Under the pieces are notes generated by a model that saw nothing but the letters and a program-made list of their open reading frames with translations, ran no database searches and was not told where the DNA came from. The translations under genes and the position numbers were made by a program. Below are positions 8,712 to 17,345 of a DNA stretch of 35,914 bases, one piece after another. How positions within the stretch are numbered: the first letter of the stretch is position 1; each line of letters starts with the position of its first letter. Location of the stretch: contig JAAOYF010000049.1 in the NCBI GenBank assembly GCA_018221205.1, positions 1 through 35,914 of the forward strand, given 5' to 3'. This DNA comes from Candidatus Woesearchaeota archaeon (GTDB lineage Archaea > Nanobdellota > Nanobdellia > Woesearchaeales > WJIZ01).

Positions 8712-10692
8712 AGATATCACCGGCGCGTTTTAATTTCTGGATCGTCTCTTCAAAGATACTTTCTTCAATCCCTCTCTCTTTTGCCATGTCAGAAAGGTCA
8801 TCTAATGAGATGGTCTTTCCAGATTTTTTCTCTAGATCAACAATCATCTCTTTGATAGTTGAGATATGGCTTCTTTCAGAAGCAGTGATGCCTGTCGAGA
8901 TCCTGTCGATATCGATCTTTCCAGTCTCCGGATCCATACCGACTTGTGCTAGACAATAATGCATCAGCTCAACAGCCTTCTTTGCATCTTTTCTTTCGAC
9001 AATCTGGCTTAATCGTAATCGTGCAGTCGCTTCAGCCATCCTGATGAGTGCCTCTAACTGCCGGGCCGAGATAGGGATGGCCTTGACTTCTTCATCTCCA
9101 CCGCTTCCCCTCATCTTAAGATAATACTTCTTGACTTCATCAACAGCAGCATCACTTAATTTCGGAAAGATTCTTTGGCGGGCATAAGAAAAATACTTCC
9201 GTAGCAGATTTCCATCAATCTCCGGAGTGACCATCTCAGGGCTTTGATGGATATTCAGCATAAACGATGCAATCTTGTCATCCTTGACAGCATCAGGCAG
9301 ATCCCTGATAGGAAAGATCAGGTCAAAACGATTGATCAATGTTGAAGGCAGTTCTATCTGTTTGGGGATGATCTCATACGGATCAAATCTGCCGAATTTA
9401 GGATTGGCAGCAGCTAGGACAGTAGTCTCACTCCTTAAGGTAGCTTGGATATTTGCCTTTGAGATCGTAACAGTCTGCCCTTCTAAAGCCTCATGCATCG
9501 CATCCCTGTCCTCAGTGCTCATCTTATCCAGCTCATCAATGCAGCATACTCCTCTATTGGCGAGAACCAAGGCACCTGCCTCCAGGCTCCAGCCAGACAT
9601 GAACTCATCTTTGACAACAGCAGCAGTCAATCCTGCACCACTAGCACCTTTTCCAGAGACAAATCTCCCTTTAGGGGCGACTTTAGAGATTCTTTTCAAG
9701 ATTTGGGATTTACCCGCACCAGGATCGCCGATGAGCAGCACATGGATATCCCCCCGAGTTACAGAAGAATCTTCCCTTACTTTCCTCACTCCACCAGCCA
9801 TCTGTACCAAGACAGCTTCCTTGATCATCTCATGGCCATAGATGCTCGGCACAACAGAATTGACCAATTTCTCATGCAGTTTAGGATCTTGAACTAAATC
9901 TAGAATCTCCTGCTCCTCCTCTGAGGTGATCTCAAGAGAAGAGAAATCCTCTTCAACGGCTTCGACAAAATTAGCCTCGATCATCAGTTCAAACCGGGTG
10001 CTTTTGCCTCCATCTTTGGCAAGGATAGGCACTTCCTTTAAGATGCCCATTACTCTGATTCCGCTTCCAGGATTTGTCCTTTTTTCAGTGATAGGACTCA
10101 CCAGATCATTTTTCAATAGAAGATTCATTCGTTTAGGCTGCTCTCCCCCTTCTAAATCAGTAGTAGATTCCTCTAGGACAATGCCCTGTGCATCGACCAT
10201 CTCCTTATCCAGTAGCCTAAACTTTCCCTTTCTTCCGCAGCCACACCTGGTAGGCTCTCGGAATTTAGTTTCCAGCTGCAGCACATTAAGGACATTCCCG
10301 CAGCTAGGACATTCGAATTTCGCAGAAATAACCTGCGGTCTGACATCACTTTTCTGCCGAACCGTTCCCTCGATAAATAATATCTTGTTCAGATGTCTTG
10401 CTCTGATATTTCTTATCATGATCTTATGGCCTTCAGGAAGGTTGAAGAAACGGGCCTTGAATCCTCTCACCTCTCCGAGAGTATCAAATTGTTCGATAGC
10501 GATCTCAGCAGCCTTGATGGTCTCTTCAGGCTGCTCAAGGATCTCCTCTGCAAGATCTGGCTCGAATTTGATCAGTTCAGAAAAATCTATCAACAAAAAT
10601 TTCTCATCCTTCTTTATCCTCTCGATGAGCTGCTCCTTGCAGCTACCATCGATGAATTCACTGAATTTTTGGATTTGGTCTTGGACTTCCAT
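8677..10692 (-). CDS. mcm: MCM replicative helicase
   Basis: Zn finger CPSC..CGC, GDPGAGKSQ, IDELDKM, MHEALE, AAANP..GR, arginine finger NRFD, ARQLE. No intein seen. Confidence 0.98.
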   Translation of the reverse strand: MEVQDQIQKFSEFIDGSCKEQLIERIKKDEKFLLIDFSELIKFEPDLAEEILEQPEETIKAAEIAIEQFDTLGEVRGFKARFFNLPEGHKIMIRNIRARHLNKILFIEGTVRQKSDVRPQVISAKFECPSCGNVLNVLQLETKFREPTRCGCGRKGKFRLLDKEMVDAQGIVLEESTTDLEGGEQPKRMNLLLKNDLVSPITEKRTNPGSGIRVMGILKEVPILAKDGGKSTRFELMIEANFVEAVEEDFSSLEITSEEEQEILDLVQDPKLHEKLVNSVVPSIYGHEMIKEAVLVQMAGGVRKVREDSSVTRGDIHVLLIGDPGAGKSQILKRISKVAPKGRFVSGKGASGAGLTAAVVKDEFMSGWSLEAGALVLANRGVCCIDELDKMSTEDRDAMHEALEGQTVTISKANIQATLRSETTVLAAANPKFGRFDPYEIIPKQIELPSTLINRFDLIFPIRDLPDAVKDDKIASFMLNIHQSPEMVTPEIDGNLLRKYFSYARQRIFPKLSDAAVDEVKKYYLKMRGSGGDEEVKAIPISARQLEALIRMAEATARLRLSQIVERKDAKKAVELMHYCLAQVGMDPETGKIDIDRISTGITASERSHISTIKEMIVDLEKKSGKTISLDDLSDMAKERGIEESIFEETIQKLKRAGDIFEPRRGFISRI

Positions 10693-10732
10693 TGAAGATT
10701 ATACCCTCTACCATGTTTCGTAAATAATCCGT

Positions 10733-10740
10733 AAAAAAAA
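10733..10740 (-). terminator. Putative oligo-T terminator after tbp
   Basis: T8 on the minus strand, 2 bp after the tbp stop. Confidence 0.4.
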
Positions 10741-10742
10741 CA

Positions 10743-11306
10743 TCACTTAAGTTTCTTCAGGTTGACAACAAGCATATCAACTGCTTGATACACTTCTTCC
10801 TCGCTCTTCGTTCCTGTGCAGACAATCTTTCCGTTGCTGAACAAGAGGAAGGTTGCTTTCGCTTCCCTTAGCTTATACACCAGTCCTGGGAATTGCTCAG
10901 GCTCATACTCGGTGTTTTCAAGCTTCATAGCAAGTGTGTTGAGGTTTAGCACCATGCCTACACTGCCAGATGCAACAATGTTCTGGATATTCAGTTCCGG
11001 CTTGATCTTGATCTTGATGTTTATCTTCTCCAGGCTTTTGATGATCTTCTTCAAAGACTCCTCTACTTCTCGCAAGGTCCTTGCCCCAGTGCACACGACC
11101 TTTCCTGAACTGAAGATCAATGCGCTTGTCTTAGGTTCCTTGATCCTGATGACCAAACCAGGGAACTGCTCTGGGTTATACTCAGTATTGCTTAAAGTTG
11201 CAGCCATCTTCTCTAGTGGAATATCATGCTCTAGGCTGGTAGAAACAACAATGTTGACTATCTTAATATCTTTCTTCTCCTTGGATTTTGCCTTTTTCTT
11301 TGCCAT
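10743..11306 (-). CDS. tbp: TATA-box binding protein
   Basis: Two repeats of NIV.S...EY.PEQFPGLV...L.FS.GK.VCTG. Start at ATG 11306 with SD GGAGGT. Confidence 0.98.
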   Translation of the reverse strand: MAKKKAKSKEKKDIKIVNIVVSTSLEHDIPLEKMAATLSNTEYNPEQFPGLVIRIKEPKTSALIFSSGKVVCTGARTLREVEESLKKIIKSLEKINIKIKIKPELNIQNIVASGSVGMVLNLNTLAMKLENTEYEPEQFPGLVYKLREAKATFLLFSNGKIVCTGTKSEEEVYQAVDMLVVNLKKLK

Positions 11307-11350
11307 AGTGATACCTCCAGGGAACTCTAAAAAACCCAATGCCCCCAAGT

Positions 11351-11486
11351 TCCATTTATAAACGCGCCCGCCTTTATAAATACTTCTCTTTATAAATGGA
11401 GATATTCCACCTTATAAACCCCCATGATTTCCACTGGAAATTGATTCTTCACTCTTGAGTGGCGAAAAGAGAAAGCTTTATAAAGC
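11351..11486. promoter_or_regulatory. Divergent tbp/trmB control region with five TATA-like boxes and an ORB-like site
   Basis: TTTATAAA at 11355, 11373, 11389 and 11477, CTTATAAA at 11411. 12-bp inverted repeat at 11351-11362/11389-11400. TTTCCAGTGGAAATCATGGGGGT on minus at 11418-11440. Confidence 0.7.
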
Positions 11487-11536
11487 ACTTTGTATTCTGA
11501 ACAGTATGAAAAGGGGTGCTGTGGAGGCTTGAAAAG

Positions 11537-12334
11537 ATGATTGTACAAAAGAATTTCCTATCTAAACTGCGTGAATTCGGCCTGAATACCTACGAATCGA
11601 AGTTGTGGACAGCGCTCTTATCAAGAGGCTCCTCAACAGCCGGTGAATTATCTGATATCGCTAACGTACCGAGAAGCCGTACCTATGATGTTCTAGAGTC
11701 TTTAGAAAGAAAAGGATTCATCATAAGAAAATTAGGCAAGCCGATAAAGTATATTGCTGTCGAACCTACAGAGGTCCTTGATAGGGTCAAAGATAAAGTA
11801 AGCAAAGAGACCGATTCAAGGATGAAGATGATCGAAGAGCTGAGAGACTCTGATATTCTCGAAGAGCTTTCATTGCTCCACTCTCAAGGCATTGAATTGG
11901 TAGATCCTACAGAATTGACTGGTTCAATAACAGGCAGAGATAACTTACATAATCATCTTGAGTCAAGATTAGCAAAAGCTGAGACAACTGTCTGCATGCT
12001 CACAACCCCAGAGGCTTTGAAAAGAAAACAGGAATTCATGATCCCTATGCTGAAGAGGTTAAAAGACAAAAACGTCTCAGTGAAGATCGCAACACAGATG
12101 ACAAAAGACAACAGAGCATTGATACAGGAATATCAAAGATATGCAGAAGTCAAGCATACTCAGATCAGAGGAAGATTCACCATAATCAATTCCTCAGAAG
12201 TCCTCTTCATGTTGCTAGATGATAAGATTGTCCATCCAGCATATGACATGGCGATCTGGGCTAACAGCAAATTCTTCGCAGCAACCCTAGAAGGCATCTT
12301 CAATGAGAAGTGGAATGGTATGAAATCGGTTTAG
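11537..12334 (+). CDS. TrmB-family transcriptional regulator
   Basis: FGLN.YE...W.ALL..G..TAGELS....VPRSR.YDVL.SL..KG wHTH, then a coiled coil and a PLD-like effector domain. ATG 11537 follows SD GGAGG. Confidence 0.92.
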   Translation: MIVQKNFLSKLREFGLNTYESKLWTALLSRGSSTAGELSDIANVPRSRTYDVLESLERKGFIIRKLGKPIKYIAVEPTEVLDRVKDKVSKETDSRMKMIEELRDSDILEELSLLHSQGIELVDPTELTGSITGRDNLHNHLESRLAKAETTVCMLTTPEALKRKQEFMIPMLKRLKDKNVSVKIATQMTKDNRALIQEYQRYAEVKHTQIRGRFTIINSSEVLFMLLDDKIVHPAYDMAIWANSKFFAATLEGIFNEKWNGMKSV

Positions 12335-12392
12335 AGGGTAGCAACCAAACATTTAAATACCCATTATTCTCTAAAGACTCAGAGGTGATATT

Positions 12393-12584
12393 ATGGCACT
12401 AACTGTTCCCGAAGTTACTCTAGCAATAATCATTGGCACTCTTGCAGCTATTGTCTACTCGCTCAGAGTTTTAGTTTCTATGGAAAGACGTATGGCGAGA
12501 ATCGAGATGCATATTGAAAGAGTTGTCGAAAAGATCATCAAAGAAGAGATTAAGATCGAACGCTCTCTCAAGAAAAGAAAATAA
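12393..12584 (+). CDS. Small single-pass membrane protein with coiled-coil tail
   Basis: SD GAGGTGA, upstream TATA-like TTTAAATA, N-terminal hydrophobic helix and charged heptad-like C-terminus. Confidence 0.8.
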   Translation: MALTVPEVTLAIIIGTLAAIVYSLRVLVSMERRMARIEMHIERVVEKIIKEEIKIERSLKKRK

Positions 12585-12971
12585 TTATTTTATTATTTCT
12601 TCTAATAACAATCCTTTATTCTTGATGAGCTCTTTTGTGACAGCATAATTTGCTCCAGTAAATTTTAGGTCCTCTAGATTGACAAAATGCCATTCCATTC
12701 TATCGAAACGAACAGCGATCCAGGACTCAGCCCCAAAAAGCTGAGAGAATTCTTTCAGTTCATCAATCTCTTTTTTGGTCAGATACCTTATATCACTGCC
12801 AGATGCTTTACATTCTATAGCAAGTTTACGAAGATTATTTCCAGCCAATATATCAGGAGAAGGATATTTCGAACTGCCCGAACCAGCTACTCGAATGGCA
12901 GCCCAACCCACAGACCAAAATTTATGGATCAACTCCCGCTCAGCATTGATGCCTTTAGACTTCACTGACAT
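12585..12971 (-). CDS. hjc: Holliday junction resolvase Hjc
   Basis: KG...EREL, RVAGSG, PDILAG, IECK PD-(D/E)xK motifs. Confidence 0.95.
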   Translation of the reverse strand: MSVKSKGINAERELIHKFWSVGWAAIRVAGSGSSKYPSPDILAGNNLRKLAIECKASGSDIRYLTKKEIDELKEFSQLFGAESWIAVRFDRMEWHFVNLEDLKFTGANYAVTKELIKNKGLLLEEIIK

Positions 12972-12996
12972 AAGAAAAAAGCTAATTGAAATTTAT

Positions 12997-13890
12997 TTAA
13001 ATCTTTACCTTCATCAGATCAAAAGCGCATTCAGTATTCTCGAAATTCTGCCTGGCATCTTCGTTCAACTCCAAAGTACTTTTATAACGGGCACTGAAAT
13101 GCGTAAGGATCAATCTCTTTACATCTGCTTTAGACGCAATACCTGCAGCTTGCCGGGCAGTCATATGATTATAGTCTTCACTCTTCCCTTCTAGGTCGCT
13201 TGCATACGTAGCTTCTGAAATCAACAGATCAGCATTCTTAGCTAATTTTACACAATTGCTGCAAGGTTTGGTATCAGAGATGATGCTGATTTTTTTGCCT
13301 TTAACAGTATTGGTCACATCATCAGCTTTTATCTTCTTGCCTTTGAACATGATATCTCTCCCTTTCTGCAGTTTACCCAAAAGAGGACCATCAGGGATGC
13401 CGATCTTCTTTGCCTTGGCTACATTGATCCTTCTTCTATCCTTTTCGACAAAATTATAGCCATAGCAAGTGATGCCATGTTCCAATTCATAGGCCTCCAG
13501 ATAGAATTCATCATCCTCAAAGAATCTTCCCTGGCCTATCTCCTTCACTTCCATCTCAATCCGTCTGTCCATGACAAATGTCTTGAACATGTGCTCGAAT
13601 CTCTTCGATGTTCCTTTAGGCCCATAGATCTCTAACTTCTTGGTATATTCGTTTGCAGCCAGGCTCTGGATCAACCCAGGCAATCCCAAAACATGGTCTC
13701 CATGCCAATGGCTGATCAGGATCTTAGACACTTTAGTCAAAGGAATCCCGGCTTTCTTGAACTGCCTTTGTGTCCCTTCTCCACAATCGACCAACACCCC
13801 ATGAGTGTTGAAACTGATAAGAATCGCGCTCTGATTTCTCTCTTTCGTCGGTACCATACTGGAAGTGCCTAAAAAGGTGATGTCTATCAT
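12997..13890 (-). CDS. rnz: Ribonuclease Z (tRNA 3' processing)
   Basis: FLGTS...PT..RN, DCGEGTQ, SHWHGDH, GP exosite, SDT, EATY, HMT, THFS.RY. Confidence 0.96.
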   Translation of the reverse strand: MIDITFLGTSSMVPTKERNQSAILISFNTHGVLVDCGEGTQRQFKKAGIPLTKVSKILISHWHGDHVLGLPGLIQSLAANEYTKKLEIYGPKGTSKRFEHMFKTFVMDRRIEMEVKEIGQGRFFEDDEFYLEAYELEHGITCYGYNFVEKDRRRINVAKAKKIGIPDGPLLGKLQKGRDIMFKGKKIKADDVTNTVKGKKISIISDTKPCSNCVKLAKNADLLISEATYASDLEGKSEDYNHMTARQAAGIASKADVKRLILTHFSARYKSTLELNEDARQNFENTECAFDLMKVKI

Positions 13891-13982
13891 ACCTTCAAGA
13901 GTCTCAACACTTTATTTAAATCTTTATCTTTTCAATATAGAAAATAAATATCTTTTTATAGCGAGCTTTACTTTAGCCGGCT

Positions 13983-14537
13983 ATGGCAAAGAAGAAAGAA
14001 AAGAAAGAACAAGAGTTAGTCACTTCACTGTTCCTCAAAGAAAGGGTCGTGACAGAAAACTCAAACGCTGCTCGCGAATTGAATAACCAGAGTGTTTTTG
14101 GCACACCCACTGCAGATGGAAAAGTCCAGCTCTCATTGGTTGAGGCACATTACTTGCTCGAGAAAGGAAGAATGAAGATTCTGGATGGAAGAAATAAAGC
14201 AATCGAGCCCGAGAAATTCCTCAGGAAAGCCCAAAAGCTCGAACCGAACTTCTGGGTACGCTATTGTGTCTACAAAGATCTAAGAAATCGAGGCTATGTT
14301 GTCAAGACAGCCATGAAATTCGGAGCAGATTTTAGGGTGTACGATAGAGGTATCAAGCCAGGAGAGGACCATGCAAAATGGGTCGTCTTCCCGGTCCATG
14401 AAGCTTCTGAATTGACGTGGTATGAATTCTCAGCAAAGAACAGGGTAGCACATTCAACAAGGAAAAGATTATTGATCGGCTGTGTGGATGAAGAAGCCGA
14501 TGTCACATATTGGGAAATTCGATGGGTCCGCCCATAA
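13983..14537 (+). CDS. endA: tRNA-splicing endonuclease (single-unit, alpha4-type size)
   Basis: LSLVEA.YL, VYKDLR.RGY.VK...KFG.DFRVY, catalytic Y/H/K in FRVY, DHA and STRK. Confidence 0.95.
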   Translation: MAKKKEKKEQELVTSLFLKERVVTENSNAARELNNQSVFGTPTADGKVQLSLVEAHYLLEKGRMKILDGRNKAIEPEKFLRKAQKLEPNFWVRYCVYKDLRNRGYVVKTAMKFGADFRVYDRGIKPGEDHAKWVVFPVHEASELTWYEFSAKNRVAHSTRKRLLIGCVDEEADVTYWEIRWVRP

Positions 14538-14569
14538 CATATTTAAAATAAGCCCGCTTTGATTCTCCC

Positions 14570-15400
14570 ATGGATACAAGAGAAAAAATTCTGGCCTTTA
14601 TCAGGCAGCATGGCCCTACACTGCCGACTAAAATAGCAAAAGAGATTGAGGCTGTTTCCTATATCGCCTCTGCCCATTTGGCCGAGCTGAAAGAACAGGG
14701 CAAGATAAAGATCTCGAACATAAAGGTTGGTGGAGGTTCTCCATTGTATTTTCTGCCAGGTCAAGAGGCCCACTTAGAGGGGTTCATATCAAATCTGAAT
14801 GAAAAGCAGAAAAAGGTCTATGGACTGCTCAAGCAGAAAAAGATCATAAGAGATTCTTCATTGGTGCCGGTGTTCAAAGCAGCCATAAGGACAGTGAAGG
14901 ATTTCGCTGTTCCTTACACAGTATCGATAAAAGGAGTCAAAGAGATATTCTGGAAATTCTATGATCTGACAAAGGAAGAGACAGAGAAATTGACAAGGGC
15001 ATTGGTCGGAGTCAGGAAAAAGCCCATAAAGAAAAAAGAAGAGCAGAAAAAACTGAAGCAAAAAAAGACAGCTACAAAGACACCCGGGGAGTTCTATCAG
15101 GAAGTCATCAACTATTTCCAGGATAACAGCATAAAGGTCATAGAAGAGAGCATCATAAGGAAAAAATCAGACCTTGAGTTCATAGTAGAATTGCAGAGCT
15201 CTGTCGGCAGCCTGAAATATTTTGTAAAGGCAAAGAGCAAAAAACGCATTAATGACGGCGACCTAAGCTCTGTATTCATCCAGGGCCAGACAAAGCGTCT
15301 GCCAGTCCTCTTCTTATCAAAAGGAACCATGACAAAAAAAGCCGCTGAGATGCTCGAGACAGAATTTAAGGGAATGAGGTTCAATAAAATTGGGAGTTAA
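14570..15400 (+). CDS. Uncharacterised protein: N-terminal winged-helix domain(s), Lys-rich linker, C-terminal restriction-endonuclease-like fold
   Basis: KIL.FI...GP.LPT.IAK......ASA.LAEL...G.I wHTH pattern. C-terminal DLEF...YFVKAK.KK.I...D...LFLS.G..T..A resembles a degenerate Mrr-type PD-(D/E)xK fold. Overlaps the fen1 start. Confidence 0.6.
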   Translation: MDTREKILAFIRQHGPTLPTKIAKEIEAVSYIASAHLAELKEQGKIKISNIKVGGGSPLYFLPGQEAHLEGFISNLNEKQKKVYGLLKQKKIIRDSSLVPVFKAAIRTVKDFAVPYTVSIKGVKEIFWKFYDLTKEETEKLTRALVGVRKKPIKKKEEQKKLKQKKTATKTPGEFYQEVINYFQDNSIKVIEESIIRKKSDLEFIVELQSSVGSLKYFVKAKSKKRINDGDLSSVFIQGQTKRLPVLFLSKGTMTKKAAEMLETEFKGMRFNKIGS

Positions 15401-16424
15401 TATTACTGATCTTCTTGCACGGAAAGAGATCGATACCTCCATATTGAAAGACAAGATCATCGCCGTAGACGCCCACCTATTCCTCTATCAATTTCTCACC
15501 ACCATAAGGCAGCGGGATGGTGCTTTGTTGATGGATTCACAAGGCCGTGTGACTTCTCATCTGTCAGGGTTATTCGCCAGAAACACAAAATTGATGCAGC
15601 AAGGCCTAAGGCTTGCCTATGTCTTCGATGGGAAACCCCCAAAACTCAAGGAAAAGGAACGAGAAAGGAGGAAATCCCTTAAAGTAGAGGCAGAAAAAAG
15701 ATACGAGCAGGCAAAAGCAGCTGAAAATATAGAAGAGATGAAGAAATACGCCGCAAGAACAACACGCCTGACTAAAGAGATGATCGAAGAAGCAAAGCAA
15801 TTGCTCCATGCTCTGGGCATTCCAGTCATAGAGGCGCCTTCTGAAGGAGAAGCGCAGGCAGCTCACTTAGTGAAAGGGGAAAAAGCATTTGCCGTAGCTT
15901 CTCAAGACTCAGACGCCCTGATGTTCGGCACTCCAAGATTGATCAGGAATCTTTCTATAGCAGGAAGACGAAAGCGCTCTGGAAAACTGGCATTCGAGAC
16001 CATAAAGCCAGAGATGGTTTCTTTGGCAGACACGCTCAATAATCTCAGCCTCGATCAGGATCAGCTTATCGCTTTAGGCATGCTCGTGGGGACAGATTTC
16101 AATGACGGCGGCATCAAAGGAATCGGTCCGCAAAAAGCAATCAAACTATTGGAAAAGCACAAGAATGATTTTGATACCTTGTTCAAAGAGGTGAAATGGG
16201 AAGATTATTTTGATTATCCCTGGACAGAAGTCTTTTACTTATTCAAGAAGATGCCCGTGCATGAGAATGTTAAATTAGAATGGGAACCCATAAACAGAGA
16301 GAAAATAAATGAGATATTAGTAGAAGGCCATGATTTCTCAGAAGAACGCATCAATTCTTCATTAGATAGGCTAGAAAAAGAGAAAGAGAAGCAGACACAG
16401 AAAGGCTTAGGAGAGTTTATCTGA
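15390..16424 (+). CDS. fen: Flap endonuclease 1
   Basis: MGV start (TTG), YQFL..IR..DG, FDG.PP, APSEGEAQAA, SQD.D..MFG, GTDFN, PIP box QKGLGEFI. Confidence 0.97.
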   Translation: MGVNITDLLARKEIDTSILKDKIIAVDAHLFLYQFLTTIRQRDGALLMDSQGRVTSHLSGLFARNTKLMQQGLRLAYVFDGKPPKLKEKERERRKSLKVEAEKRYEQAKAAENIEEMKKYAARTTRLTKEMIEEAKQLLHALGIPVIEAPSEGEAQAAHLVKGEKAFAVASQDSDALMFGTPRLIRNLSIAGRRKRSGKLAFETIKPEMVSLADTLNNLSLDQDQLIALGMLVGTDFNDGGIKGIGPQKAIKLLEKHKNDFDTLFKEVKWEDYFDYPWTEVFYLFKKMPVHENVKLEWEPINREKINEILVEGHDFSEERINSSLDRLEKEKEKQTQKGLGEFI

Positions 16425-17254
16425 TGCCACGACATCTAAAAGAGCTGTTAAAGAAGGATCTGACAAAAAAGGAGCTAGAGATGATGCCAACAAGCTTCGA
16501 TCTTGTCGGTGATATACTTATCTTCGCAGACTTTCCTAAAGAACTGATAAAAAAAGAGAAGAAGATAGCAAAAAAAGTCCTAGATAATCTTCCTCAAGTA
16601 AAAGTAGTCTGCAAAAAAGCAAAACAATATTCCGGAACATTCAGAACTCCTAAATTGAAGATCCTTGCAGGACAGAAAAGAAAAGAGACAACACATACAG
16701 AGAACAACATCCGCGTTTTATTAGATGCTGAAAAAGTCTATTTCTCTCCAAGATTAGGTCACGAGAGAGAAAGGATAAGCAAACGAGTAAAGAAAGACGA
16801 ATCAGTATTGGTCATGTTCTCTGGCTGCGCAGTCTATCCGATAAATATAGCAAAAAACACCAAAGCAAAAGAGATTATCGGCATAGAGATCAATCCCATT
16901 GCCCATAAATACGGATTAAAGAATCTCACCCTGAACAAAACAAAGAATATTTCATTGTACAAAGGCGATGTCAATGATATCCTCCCAAAAATAAGGAAAA
17001 AATTTGATCGGGTGCTGATGCCTCTGCCCAAAAGCGCAGAAGAGTATTTAGATATCGCACTAAAAAAACTGAAGAAAGGAGGGATGTTGCATTTCTATGA
17101 CTTCCTGCATGAGAATGAGTTCAAAGACGCAGAGAAGAAAGTCAAATCAGCCTGCAAAAAGAATAAGCGTTCTTGCAGGATTATTTCTTTGGTCAGATGC
17201 GGACAGTTCGGCCCTGCGAAGTTCAGAGTTTGTCTGGATGCACAGATAAAGTAA
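16424..17254 (+). CDS. Trm5/Tyw2 (Met-10+-like) tRNA-modifying SAM-dependent transferase
   Basis: SFD.VGDI, G.FR, T.H.EN, VYFSPRL..ER, MFSG, EINP.A, FDRV.MPLP. Confidence 0.88.
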   Translation: MPRHLKELLKKDLTKKELEMMPTSFDLVGDILIFADFPKELIKKEKKIAKKVLDNLPQVKVVCKKAKQYSGTFRTPKLKILAGQKRKETTHTENNIRVLLDAEKVYFSPRLGHERERISKRVKKDESVLVMFSGCAVYPINIAKNTKAKEIIGIEINPIAHKYGLKNLTLNKTKNISLYKGDVNDILPKIRKKFDRVLMPLPKSAEEYLDIALKKLKKGGMLHFYDFLHENEFKDAEKKVKSACKKNKRSCRIISLVRCGQFGPAKFRVCLDAQIK

Positions 17255-17316
17255 GTGTGCTCAGCAGTTACTTCCGTATGCCAAAAGGCAATGGTGTTCA
17301 CTTCATCATCGCACAC
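17255..17316 (-). ncRNA. Box C/D guide sRNA candidate
   Basis: Minus strand reads GTGTGC-G-ATGATGA(box C)-38 nt-CTGA(box D)-GCACAC, a 62-nt unit with a 6-bp terminal stem. TATA-like TTTTTATAT lies ~20-28 bp upstream. Located in a convergent intergenic gap. Confidence 0.75.
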
Positions 17317-17345
17317 ACCAGAGAATGATAATCTGATATAAAAAG

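Noticed and set aside
9275..10723. Long plus-strand ORFs (188, 134, 265 aa) opposite mcm
   Set aside because: Antisense shadows of a conserved gene, Ser-rich, with no recognisable motifs.
10816..11361. 181-aa plus-strand ORF with an internal repeat
   Set aside because: The repeat simply mirrors TBP's two-fold repeat on the opposite strand.
17311..17319. GCACACACC matches a conserved 16S rRNA segment near position 1400
   Set aside because: Only 9 nt and located in the sRNA's terminal stem rather than a guide position, so chance is likely.
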